The notes below the pieces were generated by a model that was not told the origin of the DNA, made no database searches, and saw only the letters and a list, made by a program, of their open reading frames with translations. From contig OZ199840.1 of the NCBI GenBank assembly GCA_964304625.1, positions 4,800,966-4,864,965 of the forward strand: DNA of 64,000 nucleotides. The letters are read 5' to 3'. The translations under genes and the position numbers were made by a program. Positions 1 through 12,957 of this stretch are shown here, piece after piece. The DNA is from Kudoa neothunni (Eukaryota; Animalia; Cnidaria). The first letter of the stretch is position 1, and the number at the start of each line of letters is the position of its first letter.

Positions 1-622
1 ATTGTTTGAAATTACTTTCGGGATTTAGTATTAATGATGATTATATGTTTATTTTAGGTTATCTATATTTGTGACTAATCATATTAGAACGCATTATTAT
101 TAGAGTTGTGTAACTATCGATTTACGTATTTGATAAGCTAATCTATTTCAACAAAATATTTTAAATTATTAGATCAATAAAGTTTTGAAATAGATTAAAT
201 ATTTTTTTACATTTTATCACATATGATATAATTATTACATACCATTAATAAATAGGTAAAGATCTTTTTTTATTATTACAACTGATTCATTAATGAAAAG
301 TAAATAAAATCATTGAGTAAACATATTTAAGTAAAAAAGTTTTTAATTATTGACAAATAATCAAACGAATATTAATCTTGTAAAACATTTTTCCATAGTA
401 TATGACATTACAAACTATTGATAAATATAATAAATATTTAAAGCATTGATTGAATTACGGAATGATACATAAAAGTATAATCATCCCTGTCATTCTGTTT
501 GATAAATTAACACAATTATTTCAAAGAAATATCTATTCGGTATGTATCATTTGTTATCTGTATTTACCGAGATAAATATTTTATATAAATTGATAAATCC
601 GATTATACAAAAATTGTGAAAA

Positions 623-1605
623 ATGGCAGGAGCGATTTTTGTGTGCCTAGGTATTTTTTAAATCATGATCTTCGTTATATTGAGTATAGCTTTTGTTTAT
701 CTGAATTCAATAACTCCTGATCAAGACGTGAGAAAATTGTTTGATTTACGATTAATTAAATGTTTCTACAGGCTGTTCAATCGACGGATCCTGCTCAACT
801 AACTTTATCCCCAAATGCTACCAAACAATTTCGACTTGCACTTGATTACCTTCAAGGACATAATGATTTTCAAGCTACGAATTTCGTAAAAATAATTTGA
901 TATATTTTCTAAATATATTTAAGTTTAATATAATCAATGCTCTGGGCGATAATCCAGATAAATATATTAATAAATTCAATAAGCAAACTGCTTGCGAAAG
1001 ATACGCTAAATGTGTTGATAACACAAGTATATATATATATATATAATATCTATCAAAATATTCAATAGATTTTATTATTAGTTTTATATTTCACGTTTTC
1101 ACCCTTCTGTATTCCATGCAAAGTACCTCATATTTTATGTGTTAGTTCTTAAGGAATAATAACCAATAGTTGGTTGCAAAAAAAAATTGTATTATAGTTA
1201 GGAAGGAACGTAGAACGTTGTCGGTATCTAACCTTATAGTTTGTCAAATATTTGGTATTTAACATATTTAGAATCACAAGGTCTGTAATTATCAAAGTCA
1301 CACCAAATGTATTAATATTGGAGCATGCAAAAATAAATCATTCAGCGATGTTAAAGGTACAATAAATTATATCCAATATTAAATACGTTAATAATGATAT
1401 TTTTAATCCAAAAGAAAATTTGGAAGCTTTAGATAATAAACCACCACAAGAAACATGCTGTAAGTGAGTATTAAAAGGTTCTAAAATATATTTGTTTAGT
1501 GTGTAAAAATGTGCCTTCAAAAGTAACATTTGAAGCAAAGGGCAGGTGGATTATCAACAAAGTGGCCATATAAGCGTCCAACTCACTGGGGCTTCCGATA
1601 ATTGA
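623..1605 (+). CDS. Cys-rich secreted family paralogue A (9 exons; apparent 1-nt frameshift in last exon near 1540)
   Basis: Manual GT-AG splicing gives MAGAIFVCLAFVYLNSITPDQDAVQSTDPAQLTLSPNATKQFRLALDYLQGHNDFQATNFFNIINALGDNPDKYINKFNKQTACERYAKCVDNTILYFTFSPFCIPCKLVAKKNCIIVRKERRTLSNHKVCNYQSHTKCINIGACKNKSFSDVKENLEALDNKPPQETCLCKNVPSKVTFEAKG. Intron positions, phases and Cys pattern match the paralogues at 4.9, 16 and 18.3 kb. Confidence 0.85.
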
Positions 1606-1819
1606 ATACTTCTGATGAGAGTTCTTCATCTACTACTTAAAATAGACTCTTTAAGTTTCTCATAACTACAAAATATTTTCTCGAACTAAATTTTGTTACT
1701 TGAGCATTATGTTATTCTACATTAATTCTTTATAAAAATTTCAAAAATTATATTTTTTTGGCTAAACTACACAATACACAATAAGAGACCGCTTCGGCAA
1801 ACGTAGGACAACGACCGAG

Positions 1820-2700
1820 AAATGAGTTTCCCACTAAAAATCTTTTATCTGGAAAATGTTGACACCATAAAAGCTATCGATTATGGTTTTTTTAATAAGA
1901 TACAATGCATTCTATAAAAACCCTTCAAAATCTCGGCCTTATTTATTCACAGAAAAAAGAGGTAAATGTGGTTGCTGGATACGAGAAATTTTTGATAAGT
2001 CTGACTGATTTTGTTGCGCTACCCAGATTGTTTAAGAAAAAAAATCTAAGAGTTTGGTCAATTTTTCAACACTCTAATCTTCCATTATGGAAACTCTTCC
2101 TATTTTTTGTATTGCACATCCAATTAAAAAACGTGACATACGGAGAAATCCAAAATCATACTCAAATTCCATTCCATAATATGATTCATGATTGGGGGGA
2201 TTAATGCGTAGTATAATCATTTTAAAAATCACCGATGAAAATAATAAAATTGGTGGTGAAAATATTATAATACAAATTGATGAAATTGCCTTCATTAAGA
2301 GAGAACACAATGTTGGCCGTTTGCCGAAAAACCAACAATATTGGATAGTTGTCGGAATAGATAAGAGTGGTGATTGTTTTTTTGAACTAACCAACAACAG
2401 GAACCGCGATAGTCTTGAAAATATCATTTTAAATAGAGTGATGGAAAATTTAATTCTGTAGACAGATAGCCAGGCAGAATACCGTCGTGCGAATTAATTT
2501 GGATTTTTTCACGAAACGGTTACACAAAGGTACTCATTTGTTTCGGGTACCGGTGTCTATACCAACCGAATTGAAGCTACTTGGGGTGTTTCCAGAGAAA
2601 ATACCGTAGCATTACAAACGAAAACTTTGAATAGCTCTATGATTATATATTCATACTATATTTTGTTTTGAAAATAAAAAAACAAGAAAGAAAACATCTT
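1820..2700 (+). mobile_element. Merlin/ISXO2-like (IS1595-type DDE) transposase relic
   Basis: ORF 2192-2461 reads IGGENIIIQIDE...HNVGR...WIVVGID. Downstream frames give TDS and GTGVYTNRIEATWG. Disrupted by stops and frameshifts; boundaries approximate. Confidence 0.8.
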
Positions 2701-3129
2701 AAACAAACCTCTAGGTCTGACTGCGTTTGTAAGATCCCTAATTTACAATTTATGGAACAGTTTATCTATTTTTTTTATTATGAGATTTTCAATGCTGTAA
2801 TAACTCAAACTAATAAATTTGGGCTTTTATTACGGAATTAAATGGTGAAATCTAAATATAGTGCAATCAAAAGTAAAAATAAGAATTCTTGTATATAAGC
2901 CTATCATTAAGTCTGAAATGGAGCATCTTAAGCAATAGTGGAGCCTGAATAAAGGGCATGATATACTTTGCAAAACCAGGCTGCTGTATTAATTCCTCGA
3001 ATACAGGGAAGCGTTCATTTTGATGATTACGAAACAAGAGTTTGTGACGAGAGGTCGATATTTGTTGCCCTGTAACTGATGCTTTCAACAGGTGGAAAGG
3101 TACTTTGCCGATGTGGCTAATTTCCTCTG

Positions 3130-3600
3130 CTGATCTTATTTTTGATGAACATTTAGTTTCATCGAGAAGCTGGTGCCCCTTTACGCAGTTTATTCCCTCT
3201 AAACTTGTGGTTTATGGCATTAAATTTTTTTTCTTTAACTGACCCTCATACCAAGTGTACATGTAATATTTTCGCTCATCTTAGATGAAACAATTACAAG
3301 ATTACTAAATGAGTTGGTAAAAAGGTTGTTTTGGAGCTCTCATCACACTTGAAAGGGCCAAATAGAAACATTTTTCACGATAATTTTCTCATTCGATTCT
3401 GATGACAAACAAACTTCTAGCCTTTGTTTCATCCTTCTGGAGATTATCTGGCATAATAAAAAGGGATATTTCATTAATTCATAAAACCAAGGAATAGAGG
3501 TAGTTTTCTAGTTCAATTTTCCTAAAAGGGACAACACGGTCATTTTATTGGCGACGTTCTCCAACAATGTTAATTTATTCCGTGATCAGACTAAAATCCC
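3130..3600 (+). mobile_element. piggyBac (PGBD-like) transposase fragment
   Basis: Translates DEHLVSSRSWCPFTQFIPSKLVVYGIKF and later GPNRNIF/HDNF, matching the piggyBac DE..V.F.GRC.F.Q..PSK...YGIK and GRNIT.DNFF motifs. Confidence 0.75.
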
Positions 3601-3909
3601 AAAGTTATCGTCGATTATGATAAAACTAAGGTTGGGTGGATACGGTAGATAGTATACCGTCCACGATGAAAAAAGGTGTATTTTATGCGCTCGATTCTCT
3701 GATATAGAAATAAAGAATAAATGTTATTATCTTTCCGAACATCGTTGCAACAAACGTTCGAGAATTATTTGTTAGAATAAAGTTAAAAAATCACCAGTAA
3801 AATTTATTTAGTTATATATTATAAATTATTAATTTTTTTATACTTTTTAGCCTAGTTAAGAAATATATTAATTATTTGATCATTAATTATTAATCCATAG
3901 TTTATTATG

Positions 3910-4405
3910 AGTGATTGAGCTTTACGTGAGCACACAACGGTAGATGTGTGCAGAGGACAGATTGCACATCGGTGTGACACTTGGACTCAGAACCGTGAGG
4001 TAATTAGTTCGAATCCGCTGGTGGTCAGACTACTGCTTTCGTGTCGGTGGGTCTATATCCCATATTTGGGAGCTGTGGTTAAAGTGTACGCTCGTGATTG
4101 AGTGAGATGCATTGGCGGCCAAATTCGCGTGAATAGGAGTTTGAATATCTGGAACCCATCGAAAGGCACACAATTTGCAGCCCTCACAGAGCCAACTTCC
4201 TTGAAGGGATAAGGTTTTGAGTGGTGGTCGCCCTGAGGACGGGGTTGTTTAGTGGGTTAAAGTCCCATATCACTGCATAAAGAAAAGGGTGGGGTTTCAT
4301 GTTACGTCCTGCGGTGCCTAGAGCGTTAATGGAAGAGGTCTGATTAACTAGAATTCCACAACCTAATAAGTTGCACCAGGGGTTTTTTCTTGTAAACAAA
4401 AAATA
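3910..4405 (+). mobile_element. Putative tRNA-derived SINE, copy 1
   Basis: GC-richer island with a Pol III B-box-like GTTCGAATCC at about 4007 and an A-rich 3' end. Homologous to 29325-29730 (shared blocks TACTG..TCTATATCC/TCTCTATCC..GGGAGCTGT, GTCCTGCGGTGCCTA, CCACAACCTAATAAGTTGC). Confidence 0.6.
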
Positions 4406-4915
4406 ATTTCATCTGTTAGAGAGTTAACATTTTTTCCTCAGTGGAAGTTTTCACAATACAATCAAAAAGTCGTAAAGCATAATTGGTCATTTTTGGGAAT
4501 AATGCATGATTAAATTTTCCTAGATTCGTGTAATCTGACTTATTGCAGTAGAATTAGCTATTTGACGCCAAAATATTAATAATATAAACACTTATGGATA
4601 GAAAAGTAAAATTTTCATATATAATTATACATCAAACATTAAATTATTTATCAAATAATGAATATTAGGATTGAAACTATTGGTATTAGCAGTATACATT
4701 TAAGGATAAGTTTGATTCTTTAGATTTTACCTGTAATTAACAAATTTTAGTTAATTATGAAGTTATTAATAAGAATAATCATGTCGTGAAACAAAATTTT
4801 CGAAACAATGAAATATTTAGAATTCAACGAAGTATGTTTATCAGATGGTTTGATGAGATGAGATGTATAAATCATTTCGCATTTAAAGTAATCACAAGGT
4901 AAACACACCAAATGA

Positions 4916-5849
4916 TTATAATTCACCGTGTGGAATCGGCTGAAAATTCAACACACCGGTCGATTGAAAAGTTGCATTGAGTGGAACGGTGGGACATACT
5001 AAATACATACGTTGAGTAAATAACTAAAACAACAATTTTACAACAAGAATTATTGGAAACTTTCCCTATATTCGGCTCAAATTTTTCTAAAATAATACGA
5101 AATATTATTTTCTCAGTACTTTAAATATGATATTAATTTTTTACCTCTAATTTCGTTCTCTGATGGGCTTTTGCAAGCTTTCATTTGAACGCACTTTTTG
5201 AACCCCTCAAATTTGCAAATATCTCCAAACTAAAGATGTGATTTTATTAAATTATCCTATCAGAATAAATATTTACGTTTCCACGACGTAGATCATTTCT
5301 TGTTTTCATACAGGATTTAAACCCAACCAGCTATTAATTATTAAAAAATCATAATAAATAAAATATTATTTTCTACATAGCATGGAATACATAATGGAGA
5401 AAATGTCAGTTTTTGAACTATTTATACATAAGGTAATATATATATTTTTTGTATAATATTTACTTGTATCCCTTTCACAATCGAAATACATTTCGTATCC
5501 TTCTTTTGTGATAATTTGGTTGATATGTTCTCCTGGTGAACTTCGAATCTTATTTATCACGAACCACTATACTAATTTATATAATTATCACCAAAATATT
5601 TTTACCGCATTATAATATTGGAATTCTTCCTTTGTTCGAAGAATGTCCAGGGATTGTTGAAATTGTCTTGTCGCTTTTGGAGACAGGTATAGCTGAAATT
5701 TATAACCAAATGATGAAAAACCAAATATCATAATTTATATTACATCGAGGTTTACAATAATGTAATTCAAAGTAAAACAAACTATAACATAGTTGGAAAA
5801 AGCTTAAAAGGTAGAAAATACTTAAAATCCCAAATTTAGAACCTGACAT
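4916..5849 (-). CDS. Cys-rich secreted family paralogue C (9 exons)
   Basis: Spliced product MSGSKFGILICFTLNYIIVNLDLYLSPKATRQFQQSLDILRTKEEFQYYNAWFVINKIRSSPGEHINQIITKEGYEMYFDCERDTIQKLTFSPLCIPCYLVGFKSCMKTRNDLRRGNFGDICKFEGFKKCVQMKACKSPSENEIREKFEPNIGKVSNNSCLCPTVPLNATFQSTGVLNFQPIPHGEL*; all introns GT-AG. Confidence 0.88.
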
Positions 5850-6180
5850 TCTTTTTAAATCGATAATTATTAGGATTTAAATATTTATATTTATTTATTG
5901 ACGTTCATATCTAGTTTTTAGATAAACATTGATATTTTATCAGCGGAATGTAAATATTTTTTTTCATTTAATTATAAGAAAAATCAGATAAATATTAGTA
6001 TTTTATCTTTTACAAGATATGATGGTGACAATCTTTGTGTTAATGTTGAAACACAATTATATTATTTTATAATTATTAGATAAGACAATAATTATATTAC
6101 AAAAATACTAATGAAGTAGTAATTGATTACTAACTCTGATAAAATAATTAATATTTTGTAAATTTTATTCCTTCCATTAG

Positions 6181-9100
6181 TTATAAAATTATTAATTTAT
6201 ATAAATTTTATTTTATCTAATTAACTATCAGAAATTTATAAAATTACTTTAGAACTATGACGCCGTTTTTTACGCGCTCTTTTTAAATTTAAGATTTATC
6301 TACTAATATTTTATTTTTATTAGGATCAATCGTGACTCAGTTCAACAATAAGTATTTATGTGAAATAAGCACTAGATAAACTCGATTATTTTATTATTTA
6401 TTAAATGATTAACAAAATTATTTTTTTATTTCCATATAATTAATAAGATATTTATTCTTCAAAATGAGAATGATAAAACATTTGTTTAACGTATATTTAA
6501 GAAGATTTCCTCGATATAGAGTTAAAGTAATTTTTATCTATTTATATTAAATATATTTGAATGATGCAAAATTAATTGTGCATTAATAAAAGCATTTAAA
6601 TATATAATATAAATTTATACGAAAATTATAATTTTCCCAACAGACAAAAATACTATAATTAAATATTTATTTTTCGATCACTTTTAATAATAGGGTTTTC
6701 CTGATTCTTAAATAATTCTTTAAAGAAAATAATTCAATTTTTCAAAAATCTTTAATTTTTAATTCTTATAAGTTTGTTGTTATAATAATTTAATAAAATA
6801 CATATTTAAATCATGTGTCACGTAACATAAAAACTCAAGTTCAAAAAATACAATGGATGATTTTCGTAGTTTACTTAAGTTAATAATTAAAATAATAACA
6901 ATTTCGTGATTTGATTGGAAATACTTGTATTTCGCCAACTCATGTTCGGCAGATATCATTTTGTATATTTTTTTCTTCATTTATAATAAACTTAAACCAA
7001 TTAAAGTAATTCCCTAGTTTCGAACATTAAAAATAATTTTATAGTTAATTTACAACCTATTTTACAATTACTGCAGTTTTCAGAAGAGTTTTTTCTTTTT
7101 TTCATATCTAACATATATACGATTTATTAAATCTCAAACTCAGTATCCTCTTAACCATATTGACGATTGAATTCTTCTATGGACGTTTTAGGACATGCAT
7201 TTGATTTAACACATTCTTGGAATGCCAAATACTTTTTTTCAGTTTCGCTCTAATAAAAAAGATATTTAAATTAAGCTATACTTGTTAGGCTCATATACAC
7301 GGCGATAAACCGTTCTTGCAAGATTTGGAAGAATTATATCTTCATTGTAGATTTTATAAAGCAAAATCTATTGATTGAAATTTTTCAAAATAAATATTTA
7401 TAAATAATTAAAACATATACTTGACATGGTAGACAAGTTATTGGAGGTTTAAGTTCCACAACTAATTTATATTTGTATACAACTATATCTAGTTGTTATT
7501 TCGAAAGTTACTTGTTGTCATATTGCATAAGGCATACTCCTCACATATTTTCCATCTTTTAGGAGATTCGTTGATAGTACCCTGCACGTTTTGGATAAAG
7601 TCATTTATATGCTTAAACTAAAACTGTTTGAACATTATTCAAATGATAAAAGATACTATGTGACGTGTTATTAATTTTGAATCACTTTTGATAATTTTTA
7701 ATACATCAACAAATTGTTCTGTTGCTGTTTGTGATAAGGTAAACTAGTGGATTATATTTTTAGGATTATAATTATGTTGATGTACATTTTCTCTTGTGAC
7801 ATCTTCACGTAAAAGCAAACAAGTACCTATAATATATTAATAAATAATATGACATTTACTTTCACCAATGCAAGTGAGCAATGTTCCTATCAGTAGATTC
7901 ATTTTTAGGTATTATATACGTATATTAATTGTATGACAATATTAGAGGTTCAATATTTAATATTAATGAATTATTTCTTTGGAATAAAGTTAAAATGTAT
8001 AAATTAAAGTTTATTAATAATTATATTATATAAAAAAATATATACAAGAATAGGTACAAAAATAATAAATAAAATTATTATTTACTATATAATAAACTTC
8101 TGGTTAGAATCTTAAGATCTTATTTACTGCAAAAAACAAAGCATTACGACATTATTTTCTCACATAATATTTCACTACACATACCTATGCATTATATATT
8201 TTCTTATTGATTATTTTTATATTATTATCTAAGTATAGGAAATATCATGAATGCCAATTGTATTCTATTTACTCAGATTTATATCAACAATAACCAATTC
8301 TTCGTTCATAGATAATTACTAAGTTAAAAATTATTCAATTTTTGTTTCAAATATATTTAAAAATATTTCATTTATTAATTGAAGAATAAAATTACTCAAC
8401 ACTATTTGTGAGATTTTAATTCCGATAAAAGATAAAAAATACATAAAGGGTCTTATTATAATCCATAAATCTTTTTAGGTCAATCATATTGCAACTGTTC
8501 TTACTTTTCGATTCATGACATGATTAATTCTTTTTGAAATATTTCGACTAAATATGGTTTACAATAAAAAATAAAAACTATATTATTACTTTTATTAAAT
8601 AAATAATTTTAAAAAATTTATCATTTATAATTTACGGGAATTATAAAGTTGACACTTAATATAAATAAATTTGTCTTTATTTAAACAACGTGACTCAATT
8701 TTATTATTAATTGTAAATAAAATTAAACAGTTTTAGCAATGTTGATATGTTGATGTCCGTATTAAGAACTAAATATTATATAATTCATATTCTTTCTAAT
8801 GCTTCTGATAGTAATATTAATTTTTATCACTATCTTTATTCATTTTGGCATATCTTTCAACTGCAGTAGACTAAGTGAACTATTGTTACACTAATTTGGA
8901 GCAGGTACAATAAAATCTAAATATTTTAAGCTATTAATAATTGTCCCGGATAATAAACAGACATTAACTAACTATTATAGAAAAATCAAAATATAATTGT
9001 AATAGAATATGAAGTTATTTCTATTAGTGTATTATTTATCAATACTTTAAGTTGAGATATCTTTTTGAAAAATCACGATAACTTTAATTTTTAATATATT

Positions 9101-9231
9101 CGGTCAGTTAGTTATAGAGATATTAATTGCTTGTGAAATAGCCAGTCTTAAAAAATTGTTTCGGTTGTTTTCGATTGAGAATAATGGAATATTTGTCTAT
9201 TTTATACTATTAAAATCTTAATAAATTCAAA
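6181..9231 (+). repeat. 3.05-kb direct segmental duplication, copy 1 (copy 2 at 20820-23873)
   Basis: Near base-for-base identity. I saw only three homopolymer-length differences and three substitutions (7626, 8915, 9098). Confidence 0.97.
6940..7902 (-). CDS. Cys-rich secreted family paralogue B1 (divergent; truncated last exon)
   Basis: Spliced MNLLIGTLLTCIGTCLLLREDVTRENFTLSQTATEQFVDVLKIIKSDSKLITRHIFKHINDFIQNVQGTINESPKRWKICEEYALCNMTTIVELKPPITCLPCQILLYKIYNEDIILPNLARTVYRRSETEKKYLAFQECVKSNACPKTSIEEFNRQYDMKKRKNSSENCRNYFNWFKFIINEEKNIQNDICRT*. The exon-6 donor and the 3' end are less certain. Confidence 0.78.
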
Positions 9232-10729
9232 CATAAATAAGGTTAGTAAAGTAGATCTTCTACATGACATGGTATACACAGTGGAAAATTAAATTCCTGA
9301 ACTACACATGATATCAACTATGATTTTGATATCGCAGGTATACTCGTGTCAGCTTTAGCAACATAATATATATCGTATTCCTCTTTTGTAATGACTTGGT
9401 TCATATTTGATTCTGGCGAATTTTACACTTCTTTTAAAATTGGCCACTAAATTACTAATAGAACAGTTATCATATTCATATTTTACTGCATCATAATTTA
9501 GAAATCCATCATAGGTTCTTAGGATTTGGATGGCTCGTTCAAATTGTTATTTAGCGTACACCGATAGGACCAACTGAAATTAATACTAAAATGAGGAGAT
9601 TCCATAAATTAACAGGAAATGTTACGGTATGACTTAACAATACATTATCCAAGCTGACGAAAACTATATCATATCAATTTTAGTGGAAATACTCATGATC
9701 AAGATTTTTTGCTCCAACCATTCTCCTCAGTCGAATTATTGATTAATAGGATTTGAACATTAATACATTCTATCAAAATAATTAAAGAAGAACGCTGTAG
9801 GTGTGCGTGTCTCAAAGTATATCGAATGATTTTCTAATTCTTTTTGAACATCAATTTGAGACAGTTAGCATTTAGTTTATAAACAAACATATTTCTCGTC
9901 CTGATTAAAACTTAAATAACTACTTTAAATATTACTGTTTGAGGATAATCTTTTTGAAACGAATTTAATGTATTTTTAATTTAATGATTCAATCAAACTA
10001 CTTGGCGTATTTATGTGACCTTAATTATTTCAAATCATAACATAAATTGACAAAATTAAATTTTTCGCGATAAATACTGTAATATATTAAAAATATATTT
10101 TAATATGTTATAATGTGATATTAGTCACTTATTATCGCATAATCTGGTTAGTATTTTACCCAGAATTCCGCCAGGGGTGAGTGAAAAATCGTCAACTTAG
10201 CATCGTTACCTAATTGTGTTTCTATTGTTATTGACATCTATTACATATATTACTGTTAAGACAAGACACCATTGTTATCAACATCACTATATGTATATCT
10301 ATGAAGCTGTTTTTATAATGGAATTTAAGATCCAGGATGTTCTAGAAACATCTAGGCCGATGATAGGTTATTATAGAAGCTTTCAGTGTATGCTATGTTA
10401 AACTAGAACCATCTAGAAGCCTTAACAATTATTCATCCAAATTAAATTATTGGTTTCAATTTAAGTTTGTGATTTTTGTCTAAAAATTTTATTTTTCACT
10501 CTCCTAATCAATATTTTGCATAACTATTCTCTAGAAGTATGTAAACAAAGAAAATTCAACATGTCAAAGAGTATATATTTGTGGGGATATTTGTCACAAA
10601 AATCTCCTCGTGTATACAGGAGTGCAAGGATACCAGGTATATCTTGGTGCCCGCGTTGTCGTATTTTTTATTTAACGATTACATTTTCTTTCCTATAATA
10701 ATTATAACTTGTAGATATTTAGAAACAGT

Positions 10730-11870
10730 TTAATATTAAAAATACAAAAAAATAAATTGAAAATATATAGATTTTCTTAAAAAGTCGGTTATTTCATCAT
10801 TCTTTTGCGGACTGTCTCTTATTTTAGGGATAGCAATGTTCAATTTTGTATTTTCTACCATAGATAGGTCATGAGCAAAAATATCTTTTCTCCATTTATT
10901 CAAATGCTCAATGACTTCATTAATGGAACAAACGTTACCATTTTTCATAATTTTCATCAGTAAACGACTCATTCATTGCGCCGACTTCATTATTTATTGA
11001 GTTAACATAGTCATCATCTTGACTTCTAAATGAAGTAGTTTCTTCGTTCGTTAATTTCCAGACTTCTTTCATCATGTGCATAGCGTCAAGTAAATCTGGA
11101 GGATCGTTACTTAACTTGCAATCAAAAACACTCGTCGAATTAACAGTAACTTTATTTATCAAATAATGCGTCAGATGATTATTGTAATTGTAATAAAAGC
11201 TGTCAATACCTTCTTGATCTAATTATTGTGAATACACTCACTGGCAGTTTCTTGTGGGGGAAACAGAGTTAAACGTTTGAAAAATTTAGCATTTGATGAG
11301 CTGGAAAATTTTTAATAACTAATAGGATTCTTCTCTTACATTGAGAAGGCTCGCGCTTCTATACCGCCAGATATTTTGAAAAAATAAAATCTTCTTGTAA
11401 GGTAATAGGGAAGTAGGAGGTCTTTTATTTTACGGAAGTACCAAGGTTTTTCACGATTACGAGTTATTGATTAGGGTCGTTTTTCTTAAATCGAATAGAT
11501 CGCAGAAATTTTTACTTTCTCTGGATTTTTTAGAACCGCGCAAGTCTTCCTTCATTTTAATCTATAACCATACATTAAATTTCCCATAGAGATGTAAATT
11601 TAAATGATATTTTACCTTTTCTTTGCTGGTAAAATAGTCCAGTTTCATCTAAATCAAAAATATCGTTTGGATTATAATTTCTGGACAACTTTAACGGTTG
11701 ATCTTTCCAAGAGGAAATTATTTCAGGAACAACATTATCGGATTTACCTTTGAATTTGTTATTTTCAATCCAGCTCTCGGAGAAAATCCTTAAAACCAAC
11801 CTTAACAGTTGTGTTTTTAATTTCATATGAATAATCCTAGGCCTTTTTAATTAGGCAAAGACTATTGCAA
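10730..11870 (-). mobile_element. Tigger/pogo-family (CENP-B-like, DDE_1) transposase relic
   Basis: ORF 11575-11826 contains YNPNDIFDLDETGLFYQ. ORF 10935-11162 has LLDAMHMMKEVWKLT, resembling the pogo/Tigger post-DDE helix. Fragmented. Confidence 0.75.
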
Positions 11871-12499
11871 CGGATGGAAATATCTCCCAAAATAACACTC
11901 GTATCAAAATTTTAATTTCGTAAATATATACAACAATAAATTTACTTAATTGACCTTTTACCTATAAATTGGCCAATAACGCATGAAGTAAGCGGAAATA
12001 TTTCTCAAGAATTTATATTTAAGTTTATCTATGAAATTATTTAAAAAATCGTAAAGTGTTGATTTTGTATCACAAGAAGTATCGATACACCCCATACGTT
12101 AATTAAGAACACGTGAATGTTTGTTTGCAAAAATGGTTCTAAATAAACTATTTTTTGGCATAACTTCAATTATAAAATTAAGGTTGCAATTAATTGGTGA
12201 TTTTGGCATTTATTAAGGACGATGGATTAGGATTAAAAAGTAGTTTTAAATATTGTTATCTGTTATATGATAAATTATCATGAGATCCCTTTCAAAATAA
12301 AAAACAGTCAGTAAATCTACCTCGTTTACTCAAACAAATTCGATATATCTCTTTATACATATAAATAATAAAGCAACAATTTTCTAAATCGGCCTTGTTT
12401 CATTAATAAATATAGAAAAAAACGTTTTTCTCAAAAATATTCAATAAATTAATGATAGCCCACGTGCAAATCTTGATGTGAGTTAAAACACTTAAATAT

Positions 12500-12957
12500 T
12501 AGAGTGGTAGAATTTAATGTTGGGATGAAATTTGATTCTTACGAATCTCTCAAAAATATAATTGAGGAATATGAAAAGGTGAATTTCTGCAATTTAAAAA
12601 AAGAGGGTCAGAAACGTTGCAGAATGCCCAGCGTAGAATCGACAAAATCTTCAATAAAAATTTAGTTTATTATGAAATAAAGTACGTATGTTTTTTTGGG
12701 TCTCTGTTCAATAAAAGCAATAGCGGTGAAAGAAAAACCACAACATAAAAAAGGGATTGTCCTTTTAACATAGGCCTTGGAGCAGTTGATGCTGGCCAAT
12801 TTTTAGAGATTAAACGTTATAACTGTTTCATAATCATCCATGCAGCCCGGCACTATCCGAATTTCTACCAGATCAATTAAAAATAAATCTATCTGATAGG
12901 TTTTTGTCTGAGCTTACATCACTTGGTGCATATAAAAGACTAATACAGACAAAATTG
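12500..12957 (+). mobile_element. Mutator-like (FAR1/WRKY-type N-terminus) fragment, interrupted by a Merlin element
   Basis: Reads FDSYESLKNIIEEYEKVNFCNL...YYEIKYVCFFG...CPFNI...HNHP-like, typical of FAR1-like MULE N-termini. Confidence 0.5.

Noticed and set aside
3975-4030. tRNA gene (GTTCGAATCC T-loop/B-box)
   Set aside because: No convincing cloverleaf or acceptor stem, and the downstream sequence is a dispersed repeat, so it is treated as a SINE head.
4240-4390. Self-cleaving ribozyme (hammerhead, HDV-like, twister or pistol) in the SINE tail
   Set aside because: Stems exist, but I could not fit the catalytic core consensus of any class by eye.
10320-10440. CTAGAA-rich stretch resembling a solo LTR or heat-shock elements
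   Set aside because: No second LTR, PBS, TG...CA ends or TSD identified, and no adjacent target gene.
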